Shown here: in pieces, positions 31,303-39,737 of the stretch | How positions within the stretch are numbered: the stretch's first letter is position 1 | Layout of the letters: the number at the start of each line of letters is the position of its first letter | Assembly: GCA_043814605.1 (NCBI GenBank) | Contig: JBDRJV010000027.1 | Span: 1-60,422 of the forward strand | DNA: 60,422 nucleotides | Direction of reading: 5' to 3' | DNA from: Candidatus Omnitrophota bacterium | GTDB lineage: Bacteria; Omnitrophota; Gorgyraeia; B26-G9 | Notes under the pieces: generated by a model | The model's database searches: none | Seen by the model: the letters and a program-made list of their open reading frames with translations, nothing else | Told to the model about the DNA's origin: nothing | Translations under genes and position numbers: made by a program

Positions 31303-31953
31303 TTAAGATAGTTCCATATTAATTTTGTTAATTATTTTATCCAGCTCATCCAGCACGCTGTCTGATAAAAATTTATTTAATTTTACTTCTCTTTTAATTG
31401 AATTTAGCATCCCGATTATGCGACGCACATGATTAATTCGGCGAGATATCCTCGCTGTTTCCGGATCAGCTTCTTTTACTGCTTTTAACATTGACCGATA
31501 AACATCCTTAACTTCCTTTTCCGGCTTACCTTCCTCTAAAACATGGCGTTTAATCCGCTCATAATCAGCAATGCCAATCGCTTTATTTGTTTTTGCCTGG
31601 CGGATAACATTTACTGATTCATAGGAAGGAACCTGAGGCGTATTAAGAGATTCTAAATATTCTTTTCGAATATATTGAGGCTCTTCCTGCTCTAAAAAAT
31701 AATATGATTTTAATAATTTTAAAGCTGTTTGTTTTCTTATCCCTATCTCTTTTTGCGCATAACTTTCAAAGGTAAGATAACCCCAGTCTTTATAGTGTTT
31801 ATCTTTATGTACAGTCATTAAATGTTGGCCTAATTCCAGCCAGGAACTTTTAAAATTTTTGGCGCAAATTAAAATTGACTGCCGCAAGCTGCCGGGTTCA
31901 ACTGTTTCGATATTTGCTTCAATCCGGGTGAGGGCTTTAGTTTTTTTGTACAT
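31303..31953 (-). CDS. Hypothetical protein
   Basis: 216-aa ORF with no confidently recognised domain. A helix-turn-helix-like segment is possible (ESYAQKEIGIRKQTALKLLK). Confidence 0.45.
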   Translation of the reverse strand: MYKKTKALTRIEANIETVEPGSLRQSILICAKNFKSSWLELGQHLMTVHKDKHYKDWGYLTFESYAQKEIGIRKQTALKLLKSYYFLEQEEPQYIRKEYLESLNTPQVPSYESVNVIRQAKTNKAIGIADYERIKRHVLEEGKPEKEVKDVYRSMLKAVKEADPETARISRRINHVRRIIGMLNSIKREVKLNKFLSDSVLDELDKIINKINMELS

Positions 31954-32199
31954 TTTTATACCCTTTTTTTTATATTTTTAAATCATCTTCTGGTTTTCAG
32001 TTATTCTCAATTTTTACTCAGAATATTTAGGCAGGTTTCATATTAAAGTGGCTTTCAAAATTCAGCCGTATTTTAGCATACAACACTTTTATTATCAAGC
32101 AATAATATTCAGAATAAAAATGACCGGAATTTCTTTAAGAAATAAAAACTTTCTTACTTTTTTACCTATATTTTTATATCATGGCTGAGAGTAAAAAAA

Positions 32200-32421
32200 T
32201 TATATTCTGGCAATAACCCTTTTTTTAGCTCGATCCGCACTAATTAGCGGTAATTCATAACCCGTTCTTTTAACCGCTTTAATCATGCGGCAATAGGCAA
32301 CATTTGGGGTTGCACCCTCAGTAAGATTATTCAAACAAATTGCTGCATATCCGCGGCGATTAATAATTTTAAAAATTCTTACTTTTTGTGAAGATATTTT
32401 TCTTAACACCTTTTTTTTCAT
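32200..32421 (-). CDS. Small basic protein (73 aa), function unknown, behind a long structured leader
   Basis: The ATG at 32421 is preceded by the SD AAAGGAGGG. The first 9 codons of the track ORF are leader sequence shared with gdhA. Confidence 0.55.
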   Translation of the reverse strand: MKKKVLRKISSQKVRIFKIINRRGYAAICLNNLTEGATPNVAYCRMIKAVKRTGYELPLISADRAKKRVIARI

Positions 32422-32433
32422 ACCCCCTCCTTT

Positions 32434-32511
32434 AAATGAGCACATCACTTATAGAGCATAAGCGACACAAGTGATCTGTGCGCCTGTCCGCCAGGTTTTA
32501 TGGCGGGAATT
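32434..32511 (-). repeat. Leader motif unit, proximal copy (78 nt, identical to 32574-32651)
   Basis: Exact direct repeat, compared base by base. Confidence 0.9.
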
Positions 32512-32573
32512 TATCCCGGATTTTTGTGTTTAGAATTTCACAAGAAATTCGAGCACAGTCTAAAATACTGGGA

Positions 32574-32651
32574 AAATGAGCACATCACTTATAGAGCATA
32601 AGCGACACAAGTGATCTGTGCGCCTGTCCGCCAGGTTTTATGGCGGGAATT
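32574..32651 (-). repeat. Leader motif unit, distal copy (78 nt, identical to 32434-32511)
   Basis: Exact direct repeat, compared base by base. Confidence 0.9.
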
Positions 32652-32745
32652 CCCTGAGAAATCCACAGGATTTCCAGGGCTTTAGTTCCGGGAATCATTT
32701 TGATTCCTCAAAGCTTCTTTGAATATTTTTTATTACTTTAGATTT

Positions 32746-33069
32746 TTAAGTTTTTTTATTTTTAATTTTTAAAACTTTTTTCTTTTCCCTTTCTAAAGCT
32801 TCTGATAATATAACCAGTTTTTTATTCAAATTATCAATTTGCTTTTGAGAATTTTTTACAACATTTAAAGAAATATTCTTTATTTTTTTCTCAAGTTCCT
32901 GATCTAGCTTTTTTGTCCCTTTAAGCAGCCGGTTAAGCACTGCCTTTTTATCTTTGGCCTTAATTTGACCTTTAGTGATTAACAATTCCACCAAAGCTTC
33001 GGCTTTTTCTTTAGTTAAATTTGCTAATCCTACTCCAGCTAAAATAATCTTTTCCAGCACCTCAAACAT
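32746..33069 (-). CDS. Phasin-family (PHA granule-associated, COG3937-like) protein
   Basis: 107 aa. The N-terminus (ILAGVGLANLTKEKAEALVELLITKG) is typical of the family, and a strong SD (AAAGGAGGAAG) precedes it. Confidence 0.6.
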   Translation of the reverse strand: MFEVLEKIILAGVGLANLTKEKAEALVELLITKGQIKAKDKKAVLNRLLKGTKKLDQELEKKIKNISLNVVKNSQKQIDNLNKKLVILSEALEREKKKVLKIKNKKT

Positions 33070-33244
33070 TACTTCCTCCTTTTTGTTTAAATTCTAACCT
33101 TGTTAATTTAAAAACCCTAAACACTAAATCCTAAACAAACTCCAAATCACAAACCCAAAATACTTTTCAATAATAGCAAAACGAATTTTATTACCTTGTA
33201 TTTTTAATTTAGAATTTATTTAGTGTTTCGGATTTAGAGTTTAC

Positions 33245-34504
33245 CTAAATTATTGTATGCGCAGGTAATATTGCACCCCGCTTGATAATTGTTATACCAT
33301 CACGGATACAGTAAGTATCTGCCTCAAAATCCGGCAAGCTGCTTTTATCTCGAATATGACAAAAATCTTCAATTGTCGCATTTTTATCTACTATCGCCTT
33401 TTCAATAATAACCTCGCGGCCAATGTGTGGTTCTTTTATAAACTCACTCGACTTATCCTGGTAATAATCATTACCGATAATTATTGAATCTTTAATTTTT
33501 GTCTCATTCTTAATCTGACTTCTTAATCCAATAATCGAATTTTCAATACTGCTGCAAAAAATATGACAGCCATCAGCAATTAATGTATTTGTAATTTTAG
33601 AATTAATAATTTTACTTGGCGGTAAAAACCGCGCCCGGGTCATCAGCGGCCAAGTATCATCATACAAATTAAAACTGGGACTTTTACTGATCAAATCCAT
33701 ACTTACTTGATAATAACTTTTTATTGTTCCAATATCCCGCCAATACCCTTTAAACTCATAGGCAAAAACTTTATGGTTATTTTTAACTAGCAATGGCAAA
33801 ATATGCCGGCCAAAATCAGTTGCTTTTGTTTTTGTCAAAATATCAAAAAGCAATTTTTTATTGAATAAATAAACACCCATAGAAGCACAATATTGTTTTA
33901 CTTTTTTATCCTGGGTCTTAAGCAAATTGGATTTTACTTTTAAGCGCTCAGGGCTTAAAGGTTTCTCAATAATTCTTCTTAAGCGCCCGGAATCAGCACA
34001 ATCAAGAATTCCCATCCGAGAGGCTTCATTTTCATTGACAAAAATTGAAGCCAAAGTAACTTCGGATTTTCTTTGTATATGAAAATTTAATAATTTCTGG
34101 TAATCCATTTTATATAAATGGTCACCAGAAAGAATTAATACATACTCTTGCGGTAAATAACGTAAATGTTTTAAAACCTGACGTACAGCATCTGCAGTCC
34201 CCTGAAACCAATCAAAACTTTTATGTGATTGTTCCGCAGAAAGAATCTCCACAAAACCTTTAGAAAAGTTGTCAAATCTATATGTATGCATTAAATGCCC
34301 GTGCAAACTGGCCGAAAGAAATTGGGTTAAAACAAAAATTTTATTGTATCCTGAATTGATACTATTCGAAACAGGAATATCAATTAACCGGTATTTACCT
34401 GCAAATCCGATTGCCGGCTTACTTCTTTCTGAAGTTAACGGAAAAAGCCGCGTCCCTTTCCCCCCGCCTAAAATCAAAACTAAGCAATCTGGAGCATTTA
34501 TCAT
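33245..34504 (-). CDS. glgC: Glucose-1-phosphate adenylyltransferase
   Basis: 419 aa with the signature LGGGKGTRLFPLTSERSKPAIGFAGKYRLIDIPVSN. Confidence 0.9.
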   Translation of the reverse strand: MINAPDCLVLILGGGKGTRLFPLTSERSKPAIGFAGKYRLIDIPVSNSINSGYNKIFVLTQFLSASLHGHLMHTYRFDNFSKGFVEILSAEQSHKSFDWFQGTADAVRQVLKHLRYLPQEYVLILSGDHLYKMDYQKLLNFHIQRKSEVTLASIFVNENEASRMGILDCADSGRLRRIIEKPLSPERLKVKSNLLKTQDKKVKQYCASMGVYLFNKKLLFDILTKTKATDFGRHILPLLVKNNHKVFAYEFKGYWRDIGTIKSYYQVSMDLISKSPSFNLYDDTWPLMTRARFLPPSKIINSKITNTLIADGCHIFCSSIENSIIGLRSQIKNETKIKDSIIIGNDYYQDKSSEFIKEPHIGREVIIEKAIVDKNATIEDFCHIRDKSSLPDFEADTYCIRDGITIIKRGAILPAHTII

Positions 34505-34539
34505 TTGTTACCTTTAACTAAATTCATTTAATTGATTTT

Positions 34540-35364
34540 TTACATTTTATTACTTAGTGCTAAAATAATCGTGATAATTGCCATACTAAAACAATAATAT
34601 GCAAAATAATAAAATTTTGCACGCTTAATTATTTTTGATAAAATTATTAAAGCCAGATATCCACTTAAAAATGCAATCACAAAACTTATGCTCAAAATTA
34701 TAAAACTGATGTTTAATTCACCCCACCCGCATTTAAGTTTATAACCTGTTGCCCCAATTATCGTTGGGACAGCCAGTAAAAATGAGAACTTTGCGCATTT
34801 TTCCCGATTTATACCTTGTAATAATCCCGCGGAAATTGTTAAGCCAGAGCGGGAAATACCCGGAATAATTGCTATTGCCTGGGCAATGCCGATTAAAAAA
34901 GTATTTATAAAATTTAATTCTTTTAATTCTTTATGAGATTTTTTAAACTTAGTCATAAATAAAACAAATCCAGTAATAAAAAAACTACCTGCTAATATTT
35001 TTGCAGAATTAAATAGATTTTCAATTAAATCATGCAAAAAAAATCCCACTAAAAATATCGGGATCAGGGCAAATGTAATTAAAACAATTAACCTTAGGTG
35101 AATATAATTTTGCCATATTTGCTTTAGCGGTTTATTTTTTGATAAATCAATTAATCCTAAGAAAAATTCCTCAAAAATTTCTTTTATTTCCATCCGCAAA
35201 AAAATAATCACTGCCAAAGCAGTAGCTAAATGCAAAATTATATCAAAGCAGAACAGCGGTTCTTTAAAACCAAACAGCATTTGGAAAAAAGCTAAATGCC
35301 CGGAACTGGAAACCGGTAAAAATTCAGTCAGGCCTTGAATAAACGCTAAAAAAAAATATTCCAT
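34540..35364 (-). CDS. uppP: Undecaprenyl-diphosphate phosphatase
   Basis: 274 aa polytopic membrane protein with the BacA motifs (QGLTEFLPVSSSGH, PGISRSG). Confidence 0.9.
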   Translation of the reverse strand: MEYFFLAFIQGLTEFLPVSSSGHLAFFQMLFGFKEPLFCFDIILHLATALAVIIFLRMEIKEIFEEFFLGLIDLSKNKPLKQIWQNYIHLRLIVLITFALIPIFLVGFFLHDLIENLFNSAKILAGSFFITGFVLFMTKFKKSHKELKELNFINTFLIGIAQAIAIIPGISRSGLTISAGLLQGINREKCAKFSFLLAVPTIIGATGYKLKCGWGELNISFIILSISFVIAFLSGYLALIILSKIIKRAKFYYFAYYCFSMAIITIILALSNKM

Positions 35365-35461
35365 AATGAATATTATTATAATGGGTGAAATAACGATTCA
35401 ATACTTAATTATTGTAACACAGTAAATACACTCAAGCAATATATGTATATTTAAAAAAATT

Positions 35462-36154
35462 TTAAAAAATATTTCCAATCCTAATTCCCTGCTTTTGTAA
35501 AAAATTTTTCATGTCCTGCGGCAGTTCTGATTTAAATACCAATTTATTTTTATGTTGAGGATGTTTAAATTCGATACTTGCTGCATGCAAGCAAACTCTT
35601 TTGAATCTTATCGGCCAATCACGTGCAAAAGCAAATCGGCGCTCTCCCACAAGGGGGTGCCCAATATTTTTGAACTGAATTCTTATTTGATTTGTCCGGC
35701 CAGTTACAGGTTCTACCCGGAGAATACTCAATTCTTTTCTTTGATAAAGAACCTCATATTTCGTAATCGCTATTTTTTTCTTTTCATGCTTATTATAAGG
35801 CCAGGCTCCTTTTATATAATTTTTTAAAATTCCCGTTTTTTTATCCAGACTTCCCTGGACAAAAGCTATATAATGTTTACAAACATTTCTTGACCTAAAT
35901 TCATCCATTATTAATTGTTGCATTATTTGTCCGCGGGCAAAAATCATCACGCCAGATGTTTCCTTGTCTAACCGATGGCACGGTAGAATTGGTGTGTTTT
36001 TTATATTTTCTGGAGAGCTGGATTCGTTTAACAATGCAGTCAAATCTTTTTCCTGCAAATTATCCGTTGGCACAACCAATAATCCTGCTGGTTTATCTAC
36101 AATAACCAGGTAATCATCTTCAAATAATATTTTTATTTTTTTTAAATCCTGCAT
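35462..36154 (-). CDS. RluA-family pseudouridine synthase
   Basis: 230 aa with the catalytic HRLDKETSGV motif and GRTNQIR. Confidence 0.85.
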   Translation of the reverse strand: MQDLKKIKILFEDDYLVIVDKPAGLLVVPTDNLQEKDLTALLNESSSPENIKNTPILPCHRLDKETSGVMIFARGQIMQQLIMDEFRSRNVCKHYIAFVQGSLDKKTGILKNYIKGAWPYNKHEKKKIAITKYEVLYQRKELSILRVEPVTGRTNQIRIQFKNIGHPLVGERRFAFARDWPIRFKRVCLHAASIEFKHPQHKNKLVFKSELPQDMKNFLQKQGIRIGNIF

Positions 36155-36213
36155 TGTCCCTTAAAATAAAAAAACCGGAGAAAAATATCCGGGTTTTAAT
36201 TTAATTTTTCCTT

Positions 36214-36525
36214 TTATTCAACTTCAGCTTCTCCGGGATTTGACCCGTTATTAATTTCATCCGCATTACTAATTCCATCCCCATCACTGTCTATCTCATC
36301 GATTTGCTGAACTGCTCCTAAATTCCTCCCGGCATCATTGTAAGCTTGTCCATAACTATTTAAAGCTTTAAAATTACCTTCCCGGTGACAAACCGTACAA
36401 CTCACCGTTGCTTCCTTATATACTGCTTTAACATGGTTGGCATCCGGTATTGCTGTAAAACCAACATTCTCCAAAATAAAAATAGTTGCCAATAAAACAA
36501 CAATTATCAAATAATCTGCTTTCAT
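36214..36525 (-). CDS. Small secreted mono-haem c-type cytochrome-like protein with a C-terminal acidic Ca-binding-type repeat
   Basis: Signal peptide, a single CxxCH (CTVCH), and a C-terminal DSDGDGISNADE DxDxDG-type loop. Confidence 0.6.
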   Translation of the reverse strand: MKADYLIIVVLLATIFILENVGFTAIPDANHVKAVYKEATVSCTVCHREGNFKALNSYGQAYNDAGRNLGAVQQIDEIDSDGDGISNADEINNGSNPGEAEVE

Positions 36526-36545
36526 TATCCGCTCCTTTTACGTTT

Positions 36546-36574
36546 AGATTAATATGGAGGGTTTTAAATGTCAA
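36546..36574 (-). promoter_or_regulatory. Candidate sigma70-type promoter of the cytochrome-like gene
   Basis: Minus strand reads TTGACA (36574-36569)-N17-TAATCT (36551-36546). The SD AAGGAG and the ATG follow. Confidence 0.55.
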
Positions 36575-36831
36575 TATTTTACTTTAGAAAATTTATGGGT
36601 TTAATATTAAAATTGCTGTTTTTATTCGACTAAAAAATCAATGTGGTTTCAGGAAGAACCTTGCGGGGAACTTTGATCCCCCCAAAGGCGGAGGACTTCA
36701 AATTTAATCTTAAAACTTTTTTTGATTTCCCCGCCTTTGGGAATGTTTAACATCCTTGTTCTTATCAAAATTGGGACCGGACTGCTTATTTTCAGTATTT
36801 AATCAAAGATGAAAAAGTAAATCAGCAGCTA

Positions 36832-36915
36832 TTATTTTTTCTTTTTCTTTGCTACTTTTTTCTTTGCTTTTTTCTTTGCTACTTTTTTCTTTGCTTTTTT
36901 CTTTTTAACTACCAA
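36832..36915 (-). CDS. Candidate lysine-rich micro-ORF (27 aa from TTG, 30 aa from the in-frame GTG at 36924)
   Basis: An SD (GGGGGTGA) precedes TTG, giving the peptide VVKKKKAKKKVAKKKAKKKVAKKKKK and a TAA stop. It is built from a 27-nt tandem repeat and is absent from the ORF track because it is under 60 aa. Confidence 0.35.
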   Translation of the reverse strand: MVVKKKKAKKKVAKKKAKKKVAKKKKK

Positions 36916-37143
36916 AATACTCACCCCCTTTCTTTAAAATTTTATATAACTCAAAATTACTTTTCCTCTAAAAATATTTTGGTGGACCTTTACAAAAAAA
37001 TTTTTATTGTTTATTTTATCTACAATTAATAATATACAACATAATCATAACTGATTTCAAGTAAAAAATTAAAAAAAATGAAAAAAAATTTTTTTTAAAA
37101 AGTTTTTTTGCCTTCTTTTTTAAAAAAAATACTAATTCTTTTT

Positions 37144-37842
37144 TTATTTTTTGTTCTTGATTTCAAAAGACAGGATAATTGCTTCCGCAATATCCTTCAT
37201 CGGCAGGCGTTTACTCATACTCGTTTTTCTTAATAAATTATATGCTTTTTCTTCACTGAGATTTTGTTCTTTCATCAAGATACCTTTTGCTTTTTCTACT
37301 TTTTTTCTCGCTTCTAATTCTTCCTGGATGACTTTAGTTTTCACAATCAACTCTGTATTTTCTATCGCCACTGCTGCCTGATTAGCAATCGTACTGACGA
37401 GGTCAATATCGCTTTTGCCAAATTTATATTCAGATGTTGTATAACAATTAATTACACCGATGACTTTATTTTTAACCATCATCGGAACGCTAAGCATAGA
37501 AACAAGGTTTTCTTTCTTAGCTAAAATTTTCTCTTTATATTTTTTATCTTTTTGGACATTTATAATTAAATTGGGTTTTTTTGTCATCGCCACTAAACCC
37601 ACAATTCCTTCCCCCACTTTTATACTTCTTTCCTTTAAATATTCGCTGCTCATCGCTTGAGTTGCTTTAATTTTAAGTTCCTGAGTTTTTTCATCCAGTA
37701 ACCATAGCGCACAAATTTTTGCTTTCATTACATTAGCAGTTAAAGTTACAATCAGTTTGAGCATATCTTCTAAATAAAGATCACTGGTGATCGCATTGCT
37801 GATTTTACTTAATGCGGCTATGTATTTTTTTTCTGATTTCAT
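37144..37842 (-). CDS. GAF-domain / ANTAR-domain RNA-binding antitermination regulator
   Basis: 232 aa with an N-terminal GAF domain and a C-terminal ANTAR helix bundle (ELEARKKVEKAKGILMKEQNLSEEKAYNLLRKTSMSKRLPMKDIAEAI). It lies 23 nt downstream of pyrG. Confidence 0.8.
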   Translation of the reverse strand: MKSEKKYIAALSKISNAITSDLYLEDMLKLIVTLTANVMKAKICALWLLDEKTQELKIKATQAMSSEYLKERSIKVGEGIVGLVAMTKKPNLIINVQKDKKYKEKILAKKENLVSMLSVPMMVKNKVIGVINCYTTSEYKFGKSDIDLVSTIANQAAVAIENTELIVKTKVIQEELEARKKVEKAKGILMKEQNLSEEKAYNLLRKTSMSKRLPMKDIAEAIILSFEIKNKK

Positions 37843-37865
37843 TTCAAATCCTAAACTTAATTTAT

Positions 37866-39464
37866 TTATTTCCCTAATGCAGCTTTAATAAAATCTCTGA
37901 ATAAAGGATGTACGTTGTCCGGTTTTGATTTAAATTCAGGATGAAACTGACAAGCTACAAACCAGGGATGGTTTTTTAATTCTATAATTTCAACTAATTT
38001 TGTCTGCTGATTAATACCTGAGAAAACTAACCCTTTTTTATCCATTATTTCCTTGTAGTCATTATTAAATTCATAACGGTGCCTATGTCTTTCAGAAATT
38101 TTTTCTTTTTTGTAAGATTTATAGGTGGTTGTGCCTTTTTTTATCTGACAATCGTACGCGCCCAGACGCATTGTTGCGCCTTTAATTTTAACTTTTTTTT
38201 GTTCTTCCAGCAAACTTATCACTGGATAGTGCGTATTTTTAGCAAACTCTGTTGAATTTGCATTTTTTAGATTACAAACATTTCTCGCAAATTCAATTAC
38301 TGTTGTCTGCATTCCCAGGCATATGCCAAAAAAAGGAATTTTATTTTCCCGGGCAAATTTCACAGCTTTAATTTTCCCTTCTATGCCCCGCGTACCAAAT
38401 CCTCCGGGAATTAAAATCCCCTTTACATCTTTTAAATATTTTTCTGCTCCATTTTTTTCAATATCCTCCGAATCAATTTTTTTAATAATTAATTTTGCAT
38501 CATTTTCAATTGCTCCGTGAAGAAGCGCCTCGTATATAGATTTATAAGCATCCTGCAATGATATATACTTGCCGACTACAGCAATCTTAACCTCTTGTGA
38601 GGGATATTTTAATCTTTTAATTACGCATTCTTCCCAGGTCGATAAATCACTGCTGCCGCATTTTAAATTAAGTAGTTTTATGATTAGCCCATCCAATTTT
38701 TCCTTGATTAATGTTCCGGGAACCTCATAAATACTTTTTACATCTACCGCCGGGATTACCGCATCGGCGTCAACATTACAAAAAAGAGCAATTTTTTCTT
38801 TTGTTTCTTTGGTTAAAATTTTTTCGGTACGGCACAATATAATATCCGGAATAATTCCAATCTCCCGTAAAGTTCCCACACTATGTTGAGTCGGTTTTGT
38901 TTTAATTTCACCGGCGGACTTAATATAAGGCACGAGTGTCACATGGATATTAAGCGCATAATCCTTGCCTAATTCAAGTTTTAATTGCCGGATAGATTCA
39001 AGAAAGGGAAGCCCTTCAATATCCCCCACAGTACCGCTGATTTCTACAATTACAACATCCACTTTTTTCCCATATGCTACTTTCTTGATACAATTTTTTA
39101 TTTCATCCGTAATATGGGGAATTATTTGTACTGTTTTTCCCAAATAACTGCCTTCGCGTTCTTTGGTAATAACCGAATGGTATATTTTACCCGTAGTAAT
39201 ATTATTATTTTTGGTCAACTTTGCATTAGTAAAACGCTCATAATGCCCTAAATCTAAATCAGTTTCCGCCCCATCCTCGGTTACATAGACTTCTCCGTGT
39301 TGAAAAGGATTCATGGTGCCTGGATCAACATTAATATAAGGATCGCATTTAATCAGTGTTACCTTTAGTCCTCGAGACTCAAGTAATTTCCCGATAGCCG
39401 CCGAAGCAATTCCTTTTCCTAAACTTGAAACAACTCCACCTGTGATAAATATATATTTAGACAT
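37866..39464 (-). CDS. pyrG: CTP synthase
   Basis: 532 aa with [18 protein letters not shown] at the N-terminus and a C-terminal glutamine amidotransferase domain (GICLGMQ, HRHRYE). Confidence 0.97.
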   Translation of the reverse strand: MSKYIFITGGVVSSLGKGIASAAIGKLLESRGLKVTLIKCDPYINVDPGTMNPFQHGEVYVTEDGAETDLDLGHYERFTNAKLTKNNNITTGKIYHSVITKEREGSYLGKTVQIIPHITDEIKNCIKKVAYGKKVDVVIVEISGTVGDIEGLPFLESIRQLKLELGKDYALNIHVTLVPYIKSAGEIKTKPTQHSVGTLREIGIIPDIILCRTEKILTKETKEKIALFCNVDADAVIPAVDVKSIYEVPGTLIKEKLDGLIIKLLNLKCGSSDLSTWEECVIKRLKYPSQEVKIAVVGKYISLQDAYKSIYEALLHGAIENDAKLIIKKIDSEDIEKNGAEKYLKDVKGILIPGGFGTRGIEGKIKAVKFARENKIPFFGICLGMQTTVIEFARNVCNLKNANSTEFAKNTHYPVISLLEEQKKVKIKGATMRLGAYDCQIKKGTTTYKSYKKEKISERHRHRYEFNNDYKEIMDKKGLVFSGINQQTKLVEIIELKNHPWFVACQFHPEFKSKPDNVHPLFRDFIKAALGK

Positions 39465-39737
39465 GATAGTTTTCCTTTTAAATCATCTATTCCATATTAC
39501 AAATACAACATTTTTTACTATCTTTTAATTTAGCACTTGGACACCCTCCTGTCCAGCAATATAAGCAAAGCTGTTAACGAAATAAACCCGAAGCCTTAAT
39601 CGCATCTTATAAATTCAAGATATTATTTATTATCAAACTTTTTTGCTCTTTTCAAAATTATTGTAGTTTGTTTTTTTAAATATTTTTAATTATCAAACCC
39701 GATTTTCTGACTCATAATTAATTCCCAATATAAGTAT

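Larger units (their letters stand above)
32422..32745 (-). promoter_or_regulatory. Structured 5' leader with two tandem copies of a conserved RNA motif
   Basis: Two identical 78-nt units sit 140 nt apart. Each forms the helix GCAC-(AG bulge)-AUCACUU/AAGUGAU-GUGC followed by UCAUU. The proximal unit runs directly into the SD. Confidence 0.6.

Noticed and set aside
32434-32651. The two identical 78-nt direct repeats as a CRISPR array.
   Set aside because: There are only two copies, the repeat is far too long, and there are no cas genes. The units lie in a 5' UTR and resemble the gdhA leader units.
36640-36830. Possible SRP RNA, RNase P RNA or 6S RNA, prompted by AGCAGUCCGGUCCC.
   Set aside because: The conserved cores are absent (the GGAA/AGCA loops of SRP domain IV and GAAAGUCCGGGC of RNase P). 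Only a short chance resemblance remains.
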